Source: a virus
IMG/VR virus record: IMGVR_UViG_3300010389_000012
Span: 2,496-66,495 of that record
Length of the DNA: 64,000 bases
Strand: one strand, 5' to 3'
Under the pieces are notes generated by a model. It did no database searches, had not been told where the DNA came from, and saw only the letters and a list, made by a program, of their open reading frames with translations. Of this stretch, positions 47,220-55,925 are shown piece after piece. Each line of letters opens with the position of its first letter. Position 1 is the stretch's first letter. The translations under genes and the position numbers were made by a program.

Positions 47220-47471
47220 ATGACACATACGGCTCATGGTGAACATAAAAAGCGCCGCCACGTCCTACTTACAGAGACAGCGTGGTCTCACTTGGGCGAC
47301 ATCGCTCATGAGGCTCGACTGTCAAACAGTGAGACGCTGGAGCGCTTGGTACGTTCCACCCCCGTCTGGGAAGGCACCGCAACTCTCGCGAATAATGCGT
47401 GGGAAGTCTGCATGGACCACACCCAGGAAGCAGTCAGTCCTTCCGATCTCTTTCCAGATGAAAGCCTCTGA
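47220..47471 (+). CDS. Ribbon-helix-helix-like protein
   Basis: KKRRHVLLTETAW..L...A.....S.SETLERLVR. Confidence 0.6.
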   Translation: MTHTAHGEHKKRRHVLLTETAWSHLGDIAHEARLSNSETLERLVRSTPVWEGTATLANNAWEVCMDHTQEAVSPSDLFPDESL

Positions 47472-47706
47472 ACTTGCCTTACACCTTCGGACCTACCTTG
47501 CTTCACACGAAGATTGCGAGGTGAAGCTGTTTTGTGAACAAGTGGTTTTTGACGACGTGTTCGACGTTGATCACTGTGAAGTGATCACCGATGTTCGCGT
47601 TCTTGACGACTGGCCGCTTCCCGGCGAAAGCCTGATTGTTGGTAACGCCGAAAACCCTGGCAAGTACCTCGTCCTCTTCTACAACTCTCCTGATGTCCGC
47701 CGCTGA
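47458..47706 (+). CDS. Hypothetical protein
   Basis: MKASELALHL... 82 aa. Confidence 0.55.
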   Translation: MKASELALHLRTYLASHEDCEVKLFCEQVVFDDVFDVDHCEVITDVRVLDDWPLPGESLIVGNAENPGKYLVLFYNSPDVRR

Positions 47707-48559
47707 TCTCACAACGCAAGCCCTCCTCGTTGATCGCATGAACGGCATGTTCGCTCCCCTTGAAATCACTGCCGAGCAGTTCACCAAGGCTTACGACACG
47801 TCTGAAATTGGTCCTCACATTGAAAAGGACTACAAAGGACTGTCCTATTTGTCTTGGCCCTTCGCCTATCGCTATCTGAAGGAGCACTTCCCTTCTCTCT
47901 TCGTTGCTTTTGAAGAGAAGACGCTGGGAGAAGTGGTGTTTGGCGGTCCTGGCGCCTACTACTTGCGTCCTTATTTGACTGACGGCTCCCGACGCACAGT
48001 CGCTCTTGTGTTCCCAATCATGGACCGGACGCACAAAGCTATTAAGGAGCTGGACGGTCGCGCCATCAGTGACAACTGCCAGCGTGCTGCAGTGAAGGCA
48101 ATTGCCACCTTCACTGGCCTGGGTCTTCGTCTTTATGCAGGCGAAGACATCCCTAAAGAAGAAGCTTCTGGTGGTCAGAAGAAGGCTCCTGTAGCCAGCA
48201 AAGCACAGGCTGCTTCTGCTACTGCCGCAGCTCCTGCAGAGGATGTTTTCGATGGGAAACAGGCGCTTGTGGATTTCTGCAATGCCAATCCCCTGGGGTT
48301 TGACGACAAGCGGGCCTGTCAAATGGCTGTAAAAGAAAGCCTTGAGAACATTGGCCTCAACACTGGCGCCAATGTCAAAAGCAAAGGTGACTTTGGCAAT
48401 GCCATCACCACACTTGTCGCGGCCTGGACGAAGAACAAGGGCATCAAGATCACTAAGGCCGATATGACCAAGGAGATCGAAGCCATTCGCTCCAAATGCG
48501 ACGAAAGTCCTGCTGCTGCAGTGCAAGCCGTCAAGACTTTCTACGAAGCAAAAAAGTAG
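47693..48559 (+). CDS. Single-strand annealing protein (DUF1071/Sak3-like)
   Basis: GLSYLSW..AY, PIMD, QRA.VKAIA..GLGL.LYAGEDIP. Confidence 0.85.
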   Translation: MSAADLTTQALLVDRMNGMFAPLEITAEQFTKAYDTSEIGPHIEKDYKGLSYLSWPFAYRYLKEHFPSLFVAFEEKTLGEVVFGGPGAYYLRPYLTDGSRRTVALVFPIMDRTHKAIKELDGRAISDNCQRAAVKAIATFTGLGLRLYAGEDIPKEEASGGQKKAPVASKAQAASATAAAPAEDVFDGKQALVDFCNANPLGFDDKRACQMAVKESLENIGLNTGANVKSKGDFGNAITTLVAAWTKNKGIKITKADMTKEIEAIRSKCDESPAAAVQAVKTFYEAKK

Positions 48560-48619
48560 ATCTGGCGGCGGCCCTCTTAGCGAGGGCCTTCGCTGGCACT
48601 GTTTGTTTCGATGCTGAAC

Positions 48620-48766
48620 ATGGCCCTCTCGACGATCCTTCCCAATGAAATGTCTGATGACCCGCTTGGTCTATTCCTGGCTGTTGGCGCAGTTGGGTTT
48701 ACATCCTGGCTCTTTATCTACACCGCCTGGAAAGTAATCCGTGGCGTGCCTCGACCTCCAGCTTGA
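48620..48766 (+). CDS. Small membrane protein (48 aa)
   Basis: MALSTILPNEMSDDPLGLFLAVGAVGFTSWLFIYTAWKVIRG... Confidence 0.5.
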   Translation: MALSTILPNEMSDDPLGLFLAVGAVGFTSWLFIYTAWKVIRGVPRPPA

Positions 48767-48773
48767 ACGCCTC

Positions 48774-49535
48774 ATGAAACTCCGCCGCTACGACCCCAAC
48801 AGGCTTCAGATCAATAAGAAGCGTTATTACGTTTCTGATGATCTGCCTAACGTCGACCCCGGCGTGGTGCTGCCTTCTGTGACCACCGTGGCATCAGCTA
48901 CGGCTCCCATTGGCAAAACCATGGCGCTGATCAACTGGAGAAAACGTGTCGGTGATGCTGAAGCAAATCGACGCACCCGCAATGCCGTGGAACGTGGTAA
49001 CTGGCTCCACGGCGTTCTTGAAGATCAATTCAATGGCGAGGACATCGAAATTCACTTCGATCAGTTCCCGCAATACATTCCGTATTACGCCTCGATTGAA
49101 TCGTTCTTAGAGCGCATTGACGAGCCTCAGCTCGTCGAAAGCGCAATTGCCTGGTTTTGCCCGTCCAGGCAAATCGGATATGCCGGCACCTTTGACATGT
49201 TGGCCACCATGGAGGACGGCAGTTATGCCCTTCTCGATTGGAAAACCAGCTACAAGGAAAAGCCCGATTATCAGCTCGCTGACTATCGGATGCAGCTTGG
49301 CGCATATGCACAAGCCATCGAACAGATGTACAACATCGAAATCGACCAGGCTCACTGTGCAATTTCCATATATGACCCCGATAAAGGGGAAGGGCAAGAG
49401 GCTCAAATCGTGAGCCTCGACGGCACAGAGCTGATTGCTCAAGCCGGAATCATGGCGCAGAAGACTCAACAGTTCTTCAATGATCACTATCCAGGTGGTT
49501 CGCCATTCACCCTCGCCGTAGACAAGGGCTCCTAG
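48774..49535 (+). CDS. PD-(D/E)xK exonuclease (Cas4/MGME1-like)
   Basis: PSVTTV, WRKRVG, RG..LH, YAGTFD, DWKTS, QL.AY. Confidence 0.88.
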   Translation: MKLRRYDPNRLQINKKRYYVSDDLPNVDPGVVLPSVTTVASATAPIGKTMALINWRKRVGDAEANRRTRNAVERGNWLHGVLEDQFNGEDIEIHFDQFPQYIPYYASIESFLERIDEPQLVESAIAWFCPSRQIGYAGTFDMLATMEDGSYALLDWKTSYKEKPDYQLADYRMQLGAYAQAIEQMYNIEIDQAHCAISIYDPDKGEGQEAQIVSLDGTELIAQAGIMAQKTQQFFNDHYPGGSPFTLAVDKGS

Positions 49536-49579
49536 CCCTGTCTGCGTCGCTAACTTCTGTTCTGATTCTTTCTTTTCCA

Positions 49580-49861
49580 ATGGCTAATCAGCCTCTGTAC
49601 AAAGCCGACATCCAAATCCCTGCGGACGTGTTCCGTGAGGCAAAAGAAGCCGGTCCCAATGACAAAGGTCTCTACACGATCACTGCTTCCTTCTGGAACA
49701 ACGATCGCCGTCAAAACGATCGCCAGCCCAATTTCACTGGCCAAGTGCAAGTGAAAGGCCGTCGTGATGGCGCTAAGGGGTATTGCTCCATGTGGGACAA
49801 CAGCGGTGACACTAGTGCTCCCGCAGCAGCCTCATCTTCGTCGGGTGACGATCTGTTCTGA
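49580..49861 (+). CDS. Putative single-stranded DNA-binding protein
   Basis: QPNFTGQV motif and acidic-aromatic DDLF C-terminus; follows SSAP and exonuclease. Confidence 0.65.
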   Translation: MANQPLYKADIQIPADVFREAKEAGPNDKGLYTITASFWNNDRRQNDRQPNFTGQVQVKGRRDGAKGYCSMWDNSGDTSAPAAASSSSGDDLF

Positions 49862-49878
49862 TCTATCCGGGGCGCCCT

Positions 49879-50193
49879 TTGGCGCCCCTTCTTCTCATGA
49901 AATGCACTGATTGCAAGTTTTACGTGGAGGTCGTTGGTGGCGCTCCCTTTTACGAAGGCGACTTCAAGCATCCTGCTGGAGAATGTCGTCGAAACGCTCC
50001 GTCTTCCAAGCTTGCTGGCCCCAAATTTGCTGGCGAAATGGCAATTGCTCACTGGCCAGTCGTAGCTGCTGATGATTGGTGCGGTGAATTCCTTGGCAAG
50101 CCGGCTGCTCCAGTGGCCCCTCCTCTTGAAATTCAACAAGCGCCTATTGTTCCCAAGCGTGCCTCTCGCACTGTCAAAAAGAAAGCGTCATGA
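49879..50193 (+). CDS. Cys-rich hypothetical protein
   Basis: C..C...GECRR..P...WP.V..DDWCGEF. Confidence 0.65.
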   Translation: MAPLLLMKCTDCKFYVEVVGGAPFYEGDFKHPAGECRRNAPSSKLAGPKFAGEMAIAHWPVVAADDWCGEFLGKPAAPVAPPLEIQQAPIVPKRASRTVKKKAS

Positions 50194-50342
50194 GCATCAC
50201 CGGCATCGTCAAGCCACTTGCTAAAGACACAAAGCGCATTCTTGAGCTTCGCAAGGAAGGCGTCTCCTATCGATTGATTGCTCTTGCAGTAGATCTTTCT
50301 CACGAGACTGTTCGACGCATCTGCAAACAACACTTGGACTGA
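50190..50342 (+). CDS. Small HTH protein (50 aa)
   Basis: ILELRKEGVSYRLIALAVDLSHETVRRI. Confidence 0.6.
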   Translation: MSITGIVKPLAKDTKRILELRKEGVSYRLIALAVDLSHETVRRICKQHLD

Positions 50343-50344
50343 AC

Positions 50345-50503
50345 ATGCCTGCTGATCTGTCTGATCCTGTGATGCGCGAAGGAGTGAAGGAGATGGATCG
50401 CACTGTTCGATCCATCAATGATCAACTCATTCGCCTTCTTGAGCTTTCTGAGCTTCTGGGCATTCCAATGCCCAGCGACTTGCCCTACACCCCTAGGTAT
50501 TGA
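50345..50503 (+). CDS. Small hypothetical protein (52 aa)
   Basis: MPADLSDPVMREG... fills the gap in the operon. Confidence 0.5.
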   Translation: MPADLSDPVMREGVKEMDRTVRSINDQLIRLLELSELLGIPMPSDLPYTPRY

Positions 50504-50523
50504 CCATGGCCCACTGTTCTTCA

Positions 50524-50853
50524 ATGGACATCAATGAGTATCAGCAGATGGCTCGTCGCACAGCCATCTATCCCAACGCTGGTTCCAACATGATCTATCC
50601 CACTCTTGGTCTTGCTGGCGAAACTGGTGAAGTGGCGGAGAAAGTCAAAAAAGTCATTCGCGACAAAGGAGGCCAGTTTGACGACGACACTCGCTTGGCT
50701 ATTTGCAAAGAACTTGGCGACGTGCTTTGGTACGTGGCTCAAATTGCCTCTGAACTTAATCTTGATCTTTCCAATGTTGCTCAACAGAATCTGGACAAAC
50801 TGGCGGATCGTGCGAAGCGCGGCACGATTAAAGGCAATGGCGATGACCGCTAA
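50524..50853 (+). CDS. mazG: MazG-like NTP pyrophosphohydrolase
   Basis: LGLAGETGEVAEKVKK, ELGDVLWY, N..KL..R...G.GD.R. Confidence 0.9.
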   Translation: MDINEYQQMARRTAIYPNAGSNMIYPTLGLAGETGEVAEKVKKVIRDKGGQFDDDTRLAICKELGDVLWYVAQIASELNLDLSNVAQQNLDKLADRAKRGTIKGNGDDR

Positions 50854-50893
50854 GGTCTGACATTTCATGTAAACCTTTTTCTTTGATCAAACA

Positions 50894-51250
50894 ATGAATT
50901 CATTCAGAGCAAACCTGCTTCCATACTGCTTGCTGAAAGCAGAAGATGACACAATCGGAGGCTGGATTGTATTGAACAGGCGCTACAAACCTTTGGGAGC
51001 AAATCCTCGCAAGGATTATTGGTTTCACGATATACCTCTTTCTTCTCGTATTGAAAAGCTAACCGTCGAACAAGCAACGCTTCTTTCGTGGGAAAGCCTT
51101 CTTGTCGAGGAGTTTAGTGTTGACGAAAAGGGTTTCGTCACAGACCTGAAATGGATTCATCTTTACAACGATGGCTGTCTGCCTGAAAATGACTGGGACG
51201 CCTATGCCAAGAGGTTAGAAGTTCTTTGCGATCTGCCTACGATGGAGTGA
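50894..51250 (+). CDS. Hypothetical protein
   Basis: LNRRYKPLG and LYNDGC.P motifs. Confidence 0.65.
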   Translation: MNSFRANLLPYCLLKAEDDTIGGWIVLNRRYKPLGANPRKDYWFHDIPLSSRIEKLTVEQATLLSWESLLVEEFSVDEKGFVTDLKWIHLYNDGCLPENDWDAYAKRLEVLCDLPTME

Positions 51251-51266
51251 GTAGTTTTGTGTTGAC

Positions 51267-51668
51267 GTGTCAGCTCTTGAAGATCAGTTCTTAGGACTAT
51301 GGCAAGCCAAGTTTCCTTCAATCTCGCTAGAACGGGAGTTCAGTGATGTCGAGGAATGGGAACGTGATTTTCAAGAGCGATACGCCAAATCTAAACGCTC
51401 AAAACGTTACAGAGCTGATTTCGCGCATCCAGCAAGCAAATGCATCATCGAAATTCAAGGCGGCACTTATATGCGCGGCAGGCATGTCAGCGGATCGGGC
51501 TACGAGCGTGACGCACGTAAATTTAACTTGGCGATGATGAGTGGCTGGAAAGTGTTCCTGCTCACTTCGACCACGGCCAAAGACCACGCTTGGATTGAGA
51601 TGATTGCTGGTTATGTTGCTTCTCAATCTGATCAGCAGCTTCCTCCATCAGAGCCTCAGCAGCCTTGA
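51267..51668 (+). CDS. Vsr/DUF559-like endonuclease
   Basis: YRADFA...IEIQGG...H...D..K.N.A...GW. Confidence 0.8.
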   Translation: MSALEDQFLGLWQAKFPSISLEREFSDVEEWERDFQERYAKSKRSKRYRADFAHPASKCIIEIQGGTYMRGRHVSGSGYERDARKFNLAMMSGWKVFLLTSTTAKDHAWIEMIAGYVASQSDQQLPPSEPQQP

Positions 51669-51930
51669 GTTCGCTGTCACGCAAGCTCATAGCTTGACGA
51701 AGCTGGATGTTCTCCATGACAAGCGTTTGAACTGCCTCTTGCATGTTGCTCCAGCCTTGCAGCAAGTTCACGGAAATCTCCTTTAACTGCTCAATGCTTG
51801 TGCAGTCTTCCAGGGCTTTTTTTTGGATTGACAAGGAGAATTCACGCTCTAGGCTTCGTTCAAACGGCCCCATGTTTACCAAGCGTTTCCCACCATCGTA
51901 ATGAAGGACTACGGGAATTTTGTATTGCAT
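51562..51930 (-). CDS. Hypothetical coiled-coil protein
   Basis: 122 aa; SLEREFSL...LL pattern weakly reminiscent of NblA-like helices. Confidence 0.5.
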   Translation of the reverse strand: MQYKIPVVLHYDGGKRLVNMGPFERSLEREFSLSIQKKALEDCTSIEQLKEISVNLLQGWSNMQEAVQTLVMENIQLRQAMSLRDSELKAAEALMEEAADQIEKQHNQQSSQSKRGLWPWSK

Positions 51931-52283
51931 GGTTTTTCTTTTTCATTCAGCGTAGACAGACAACGCACTGACAAGCTGTTTTGGAGACGTGTGGACCCGG
52001 CCGAGAATCCCGAACAAAACAGGGTGGTTCTCCCTTCTGCTCGCTTTCAAAAGCCTAGGAAAAGTCGCGGCCATAAGTTGAAAGAAGGTGAGCGTGTTGT
52101 TTTGCTGTCATTGACGGCTGCAGGCTGGATTGATTCGGGATTCAAGGGGACAATACTTTCGATAACATCTTCTGCAGATTCGCTTCGCCGCTCTTGCCCT
52201 AGAGCGACTGTCGAATGGGACGACGGGAGTTCACGCCCCTCTCGCACCAGCACACACGCCCTATCCAGGCTTCGCCTCGATCA

Positions 52284-52496
52284 ATGATGGACTTCTCTCC
52301 GGCACCCAGCAAGAACTACGAAGAGCAACGCTTTGATCGCTTGGCGGAATGCGTGGATGAATACCTTGGAGGAACAGGAAATGAGATGGGTGTTGATTTT
52401 CTTATTCGCGACTTGAAGAAGGCTTGCCTCGACATCTCTTCGTATCACGGTAAAGTGCTGGATGATTGCATCACGTTTGCGGACTACCTGCCGTGA
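52284..52496 (+). CDS. Hypothetical protein
   Basis: MMDFSPAPSK... coupled to thyX. Confidence 0.55.
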   Translation: MMDFSPAPSKNYEEQRFDRLAECVDEYLGGTGNEMGVDFLIRDLKKACLDISSYHGKVLDDCITFADYLP

Positions 52497-53206
52497 CTGA
52501 CTTCTCCATTCATGATCCCCTTAACGATGGCATCAGCTCTTTACGGCTGCTTGACTACATGGGAAGTTCAATTGACATCGTTAACGATGCAAGGCAAAGC
52601 TTTGACGCTGAGAGCCCAGAGTTCACCTCGCGGGACCAAAAGCTTCTCAATTACTTGGTCAAGCACAAGCACACCTCTCCTTTCCGTGGCGTCGTCTTCA
52701 AATGGCAAGTGAAGGCTCCGCTATTTGTCGCAAGACAATGGTGGAAGCATGTGATTGGCGGCACTTATGCCAATGAACAGCTTGGTTGGAATGAGAAGAG
52801 CTTCCGTTATTGCGTGGCTGATGACGAGCAGTTCTACATGCCCAATGTCTTCAGGGAGCAGAGCGAAAGCAACAAGCAAGCCTCTAAAGGGCCTCTAGGA
52901 GGTCGTGCCCAGGCTTTGGCTGAAGCTGCTTATGGAGATGCCCTGGAGACGATGAAAGACGCTTACAAGACGCTCCTGGCTGCTGGCGTGAGCAAAGAGC
53001 AGGCTCGTGGCATCTTGCCCACTTGCCATTACACATCTTTCGTTTGGACTTGCAGCCTTCAAGCCCTGTTGCATTTTCTTAGTCTGCGCCTTCCCCCGGA
53101 CTCACAGTGGGAAATCCGTGCCTACGCCGACCACATGGCAGACATTGCTGAGCCTATTGTTCCGGAAGCCTTCGACGCCTTCTACGCCAATGACAAGTCA
53201 TTTTGA
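52493..53206 (+). CDS. thyX: Flavin-dependent thymidylate synthase
   Basis: H.SPF, PLFVARQW.KH, NEKS.RY, EQARGILP, LR...SQWEIR. Confidence 0.95.
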   Translation: MTDFSIHDPLNDGISSLRLLDYMGSSIDIVNDARQSFDAESPEFTSRDQKLLNYLVKHKHTSPFRGVVFKWQVKAPLFVARQWWKHVIGGTYANEQLGWNEKSFRYCVADDEQFYMPNVFREQSESNKQASKGPLGGRAQALAEAAYGDALETMKDAYKTLLAAGVSKEQARGILPTCHYTSFVWTCSLQALLHFLSLRLPPDSQWEIRAYADHMADIAEPIVPEAFDAFYANDKSF

Positions 53207-53510
53207 TTCCGTTAATGCCCCGGAGCATTATGCCTCTTCATCCATTGAGTGCATTGAAGCCATCGAAGCGCAGCTATCGCCAGAAGAATACAAAGGCTTC
53301 CTGAAAGGTAACGTCGTAAAGTATGTCTGGCGAGAAAGTCGGAAACAGGGTATTGAGAGCTTGAAGAAAGCTCGTTGGTATCTTGATCGATTGATTGCAT
53401 TGGAAGAGTCAAAGGTGACTCCTGCTCAGTCTGAAATAAGACTGGACAAAGGATGTCTTGGGACATCCTTTTATGAGCAGGCTAAGCAAACTGCCATTCC
53501 AGATTCCTGA
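53190..53510 (+). CDS. DUF3310 (SaV/T7 gp1.7-like) protein
   Basis: VNAPEHY...IECIEAI...GF.KGN..KY.WR...LKKA.WYL. Confidence 0.85.
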   Translation: MTSHFDSVNAPEHYASSSIECIEAIEAQLSPEEYKGFLKGNVVKYVWRESRKQGIESLKKARWYLDRLIALEESKVTPAQSEIRLDKGCLGTSFYEQAKQTAIPDS

Positions 53511-53991
53511 GATCACCTAAAGAAAAAGGGCCATGATGTGGCCCTTTCTTTTTGACAGTGAAATTGATTGCTTGCTGCACCACACGCTTGGCCGCCAGGA
53601 ACTGCCAATACTCGTCTTGATGGGTGTGGGCGTCGATAAAAGAATTGGCAAACACCCAGGCCGTCAGAATTTCTTCTCGCTCTTGCGTCCAGAAAGGCTG
53701 CTGGCGCCACCATTCAAACACTGGGAGATCGGTCTTCTGTAAGTTGCAACGCTGACAAGCCGGAGCCATATTCCAGCGAGCAAAGTGCGGCCCTCCCTTG
53801 CTCTTCGGAATAATGTGGTCGATCGTCATCTTGCCGTGCCACTGGCCGCAGTAAGCACATGCGGACTGCTGCAACGGACCTCTTAATGGGTAGTCGGAAT
53901 ATATCGACTTTCTAAACAATCTTCGGGCATCAGATTTGCGTACTTCAATGAGGCTGTGTAGATAATCATCAGGCTCATAAGCAACAAACAT
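53482..53991 (-). CDS. HNH endonuclease
   Basis: CAYCG...TIDHIIPKSKGG...N...AC..CN..K. Confidence 0.9.
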   Translation of the reverse strand: MFVAYEPDDYLHSLIEVRKSDARRLFRKSIYSDYPLRGPLQQSACAYCGQWHGKMTIDHIIPKSKGGPHFARWNMAPACQRCNLQKTDLPVFEWWRQQPFWTQEREEILTAWVFANSFIDAHTHQDEYWQFLAAKRVVQQAINFTVKKKGPHHGPFSLGDLRNLEWQFA

Positions 53992-54081
53992 GAAGCCCCT
54001 CTTCAGTTGTTGCCTCTAATCTATTGGATCTTTCTGAATGTTGAAGAAGCTTATAATTGAAACTGAGGGGAGAGCAATCTT

Positions 54082-54291
54082 ATGAGCGCCTGGAAAGACG
54101 GCCTTACTAATTTTGTTGCCACTGTCACGGCTGGCATGTTGCTCTCCACTGGAGCAATGTTGATCACCGTCAGCAGTCAGCAAATGAAGGTGACCACGCA
54201 AGTTGAAAACATTGCTGAGAAGCTTGAAACTCTCACCGACAATGTTGGGGAGCTGGAGAGGCGCGTTCGTTCTTTAGAAATTGGCCGCTAG
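54082..54291 (+). CDS. Small membrane/coiled-coil protein of the lysis cassette
   Basis: TM segment then coiled coil; upstream of endolysin. Confidence 0.6.
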   Translation: MSAWKDGLTNFVATVTAGMLLSTGAMLITVSSQQMKVTTQVENIAEKLETLTDNVGELERRVRSLEIGR

Positions 54292-54319
54292 TCTGTAACC
54301 GACGTTAATAGCTTTTGCC

Positions 54320-54466
54320 ATGTCTCCTGCAGAATGGTTCTTTATTGGTGCCATCATCGTCGGCGCTGCTGAGCACATCATTGCCGTCAGCCCCCTTAAA
54401 GAGAACTCCACTGTTCAATTGGTGTTGTCCATCCTCAAGCGCGTCTTCCCAAAAGTTAACCGCTGA
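54320..54466 (+). CDS. Putative holin-like peptide (48 aa)
   Basis: MSPAEWFFIGAIIVGAAEHIIAVSPLKENSTVQLVLSILKRVFPKVNR immediately before endolysin. Confidence 0.55.
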   Translation: MSPAEWFFIGAIIVGAAEHIIAVSPLKENSTVQLVLSILKRVFPKVNR

Positions 54467-54468
54467 CA

Positions 54469-55551
54469 ATGGTCGCCAATAGTTGGAACGGCGTAAGCCT
54501 CTGCGCGTCTCGCGTAGGGGCTAAATTTCCGCAGCTTGTCGCTGCGCAATGGGCGCTAGAAAGTGGCTACGGGAAGCATTTTTCCGGCACTTGGAATGCC
54601 TTTGGATTGAAAGGCACTGGATCAGTAAAAGAAACCAAGGAATTCCTTGATGGTCAATGGGTGACAATTAAAGACGGTTTCATTGATTTCCCCACTCTTG
54701 AAGCTTCTATTGAATATCTGGTTTCTCGTTGGTACAAAGACTGGGGCGGATATAAAGGGGTGAATAATGCGGCTTCTGAGGAAGAGGCTGCTCGCATGTT
54801 GCAAAGCGAAGGGTATGCCACTGATCCGGAATACCCTCAAAAGCTCATTCGACTTATGAAGGAAAATACCAAGCGTCGCCCCATCAAGCTCACTAGCGCG
54901 GCAAAGTATTTCCGTGGAGAAAGTCATCAAATTGCAGCTTGGAACTACTTAGAAGATCGCCTCACTCCAAACGAGCTTGACGAATTCGCCCTGCTTTACC
55001 GGGCAGGCCCTGATCCGCAAATACTCACTCCCAAAAATCCCTTAGACGTTCCTTATTTCAATCAGCTCGACAACTTGTCCGGCACTGGTTATAGAGAGTG
55101 CTTCAGCAGCTCCTGTGCGATGGTGGCGGCTTTCTATGGGCGAGTGTCTACTGACGATGAATACAACACCATTCGTCAACGCTATGGCGACACCACATCT
55201 AGTCAGGCTCATATTGAAGCTTTGCGCTCACTTGGGCTAAAGGCACGTTTCTCGACAGAAGTCACGGAAAAGATGCTTATAGATGAACTTAGAAACGGCA
55301 AACCAGTGGCAGTTGGCTGGCTCCACTACGGCGCATACAACGAACCTACGGGCGGTGGGCACTGGAGCGTAGTGATTGGTGACACGGACGAAGATTTCAT
55401 CCACCATGACCCCTTCGGCGAAGCTGATATGGTCAACGGCTCCTATTTCAATGCTGGTGGAGGTCAAAACGTGCGCTACAGCAAGCGTTGCTGGATTCCA
55501 CGATGGCGAGTGGGAGGGTCCGGAGGTTGGGCCATCTTCGCTTCACCATGA
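54469..55551 (+). CDS. Endolysin: glucosaminidase (GH73) plus C39-like peptidase
   Basis: AQWALESGYG, N.FGLK, GYATDP.Y; VPYFNQ, C..SSCAM, GHW.V, HDP.G. Confidence 0.9.
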   Translation: MVANSWNGVSLCASRVGAKFPQLVAAQWALESGYGKHFSGTWNAFGLKGTGSVKETKEFLDGQWVTIKDGFIDFPTLEASIEYLVSRWYKDWGGYKGVNNAASEEEAARMLQSEGYATDPEYPQKLIRLMKENTKRRPIKLTSAAKYFRGESHQIAAWNYLEDRLTPNELDEFALLYRAGPDPQILTPKNPLDVPYFNQLDNLSGTGYRECFSSSCAMVAAFYGRVSTDDEYNTIRQRYGDTTSSQAHIEALRSLGLKARFSTEVTEKMLIDELRNGKPVAVGWLHYGAYNEPTGGGHWSVVIGDTDEDFIHHDPFGEADMVNGSYFNAGGGQNVRYSKRCWIPRWRVGGSGGWAIFASP

Positions 55552-55925
55552 CAAATGTCGCCCTCATCAATGCCTTGGCTTACGAGCTAGGGCTTTTGCT
55601 TACTGATCGTTTTCCAGGGTTGATCTTTAAGGCTTGGTTCCAGCGGATGATGGCTCATTGCCGGGCTGATTGGGCGGAATGGCGAACAAAGCGCACCATG
55701 AAAAAAGTGGATGCACAAAGCAATCAAATCATGAAGCAATGGGCAGAAGATCACCGCACTGCTCAAATGAATAAGCTAGTCAAGAAGGCTAAAGAGAAGT
55801 TTCCTGGTGCCAAAGTAACTCCAGCCCCAGATGCTTTCTTCCCTTCAGTAATTATTGAAGAAGATGAAGAAGGGGACACCCCTTTGGGTGGCCCCATGCG
55901 CATCACTTGGAATCTGGACGATTAG
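55548..55925 (+). CDS. Hypothetical protein
   Basis: MTNVALINAL... ATGA-coupled to endolysin. Confidence 0.6.
   Translation: MTNVALINALAYELGLLLTDRFPGLIFKAWFQRMMAHCRADWAEWRTKRTMKKVDAQSNQIMKQWAEDHRTAQMNKLVKKAKEKFPGAKVTPAPDAFFPSVIIEEDEEGDTPLGGPMRITWNLDD

Noticed and set aside
48774-49535. Cas4 as part of a CRISPR system
   Set aside because: Context (SSAP, SSB) indicates an ordinary phage recombination exonuclease; no Fe-S cysteine set
54448-54460. Slippery C CCA AAA near the end of the holin-like gene
   Set aside because: The -1 frame hits TAA within two codons and no stimulatory hairpin is evident
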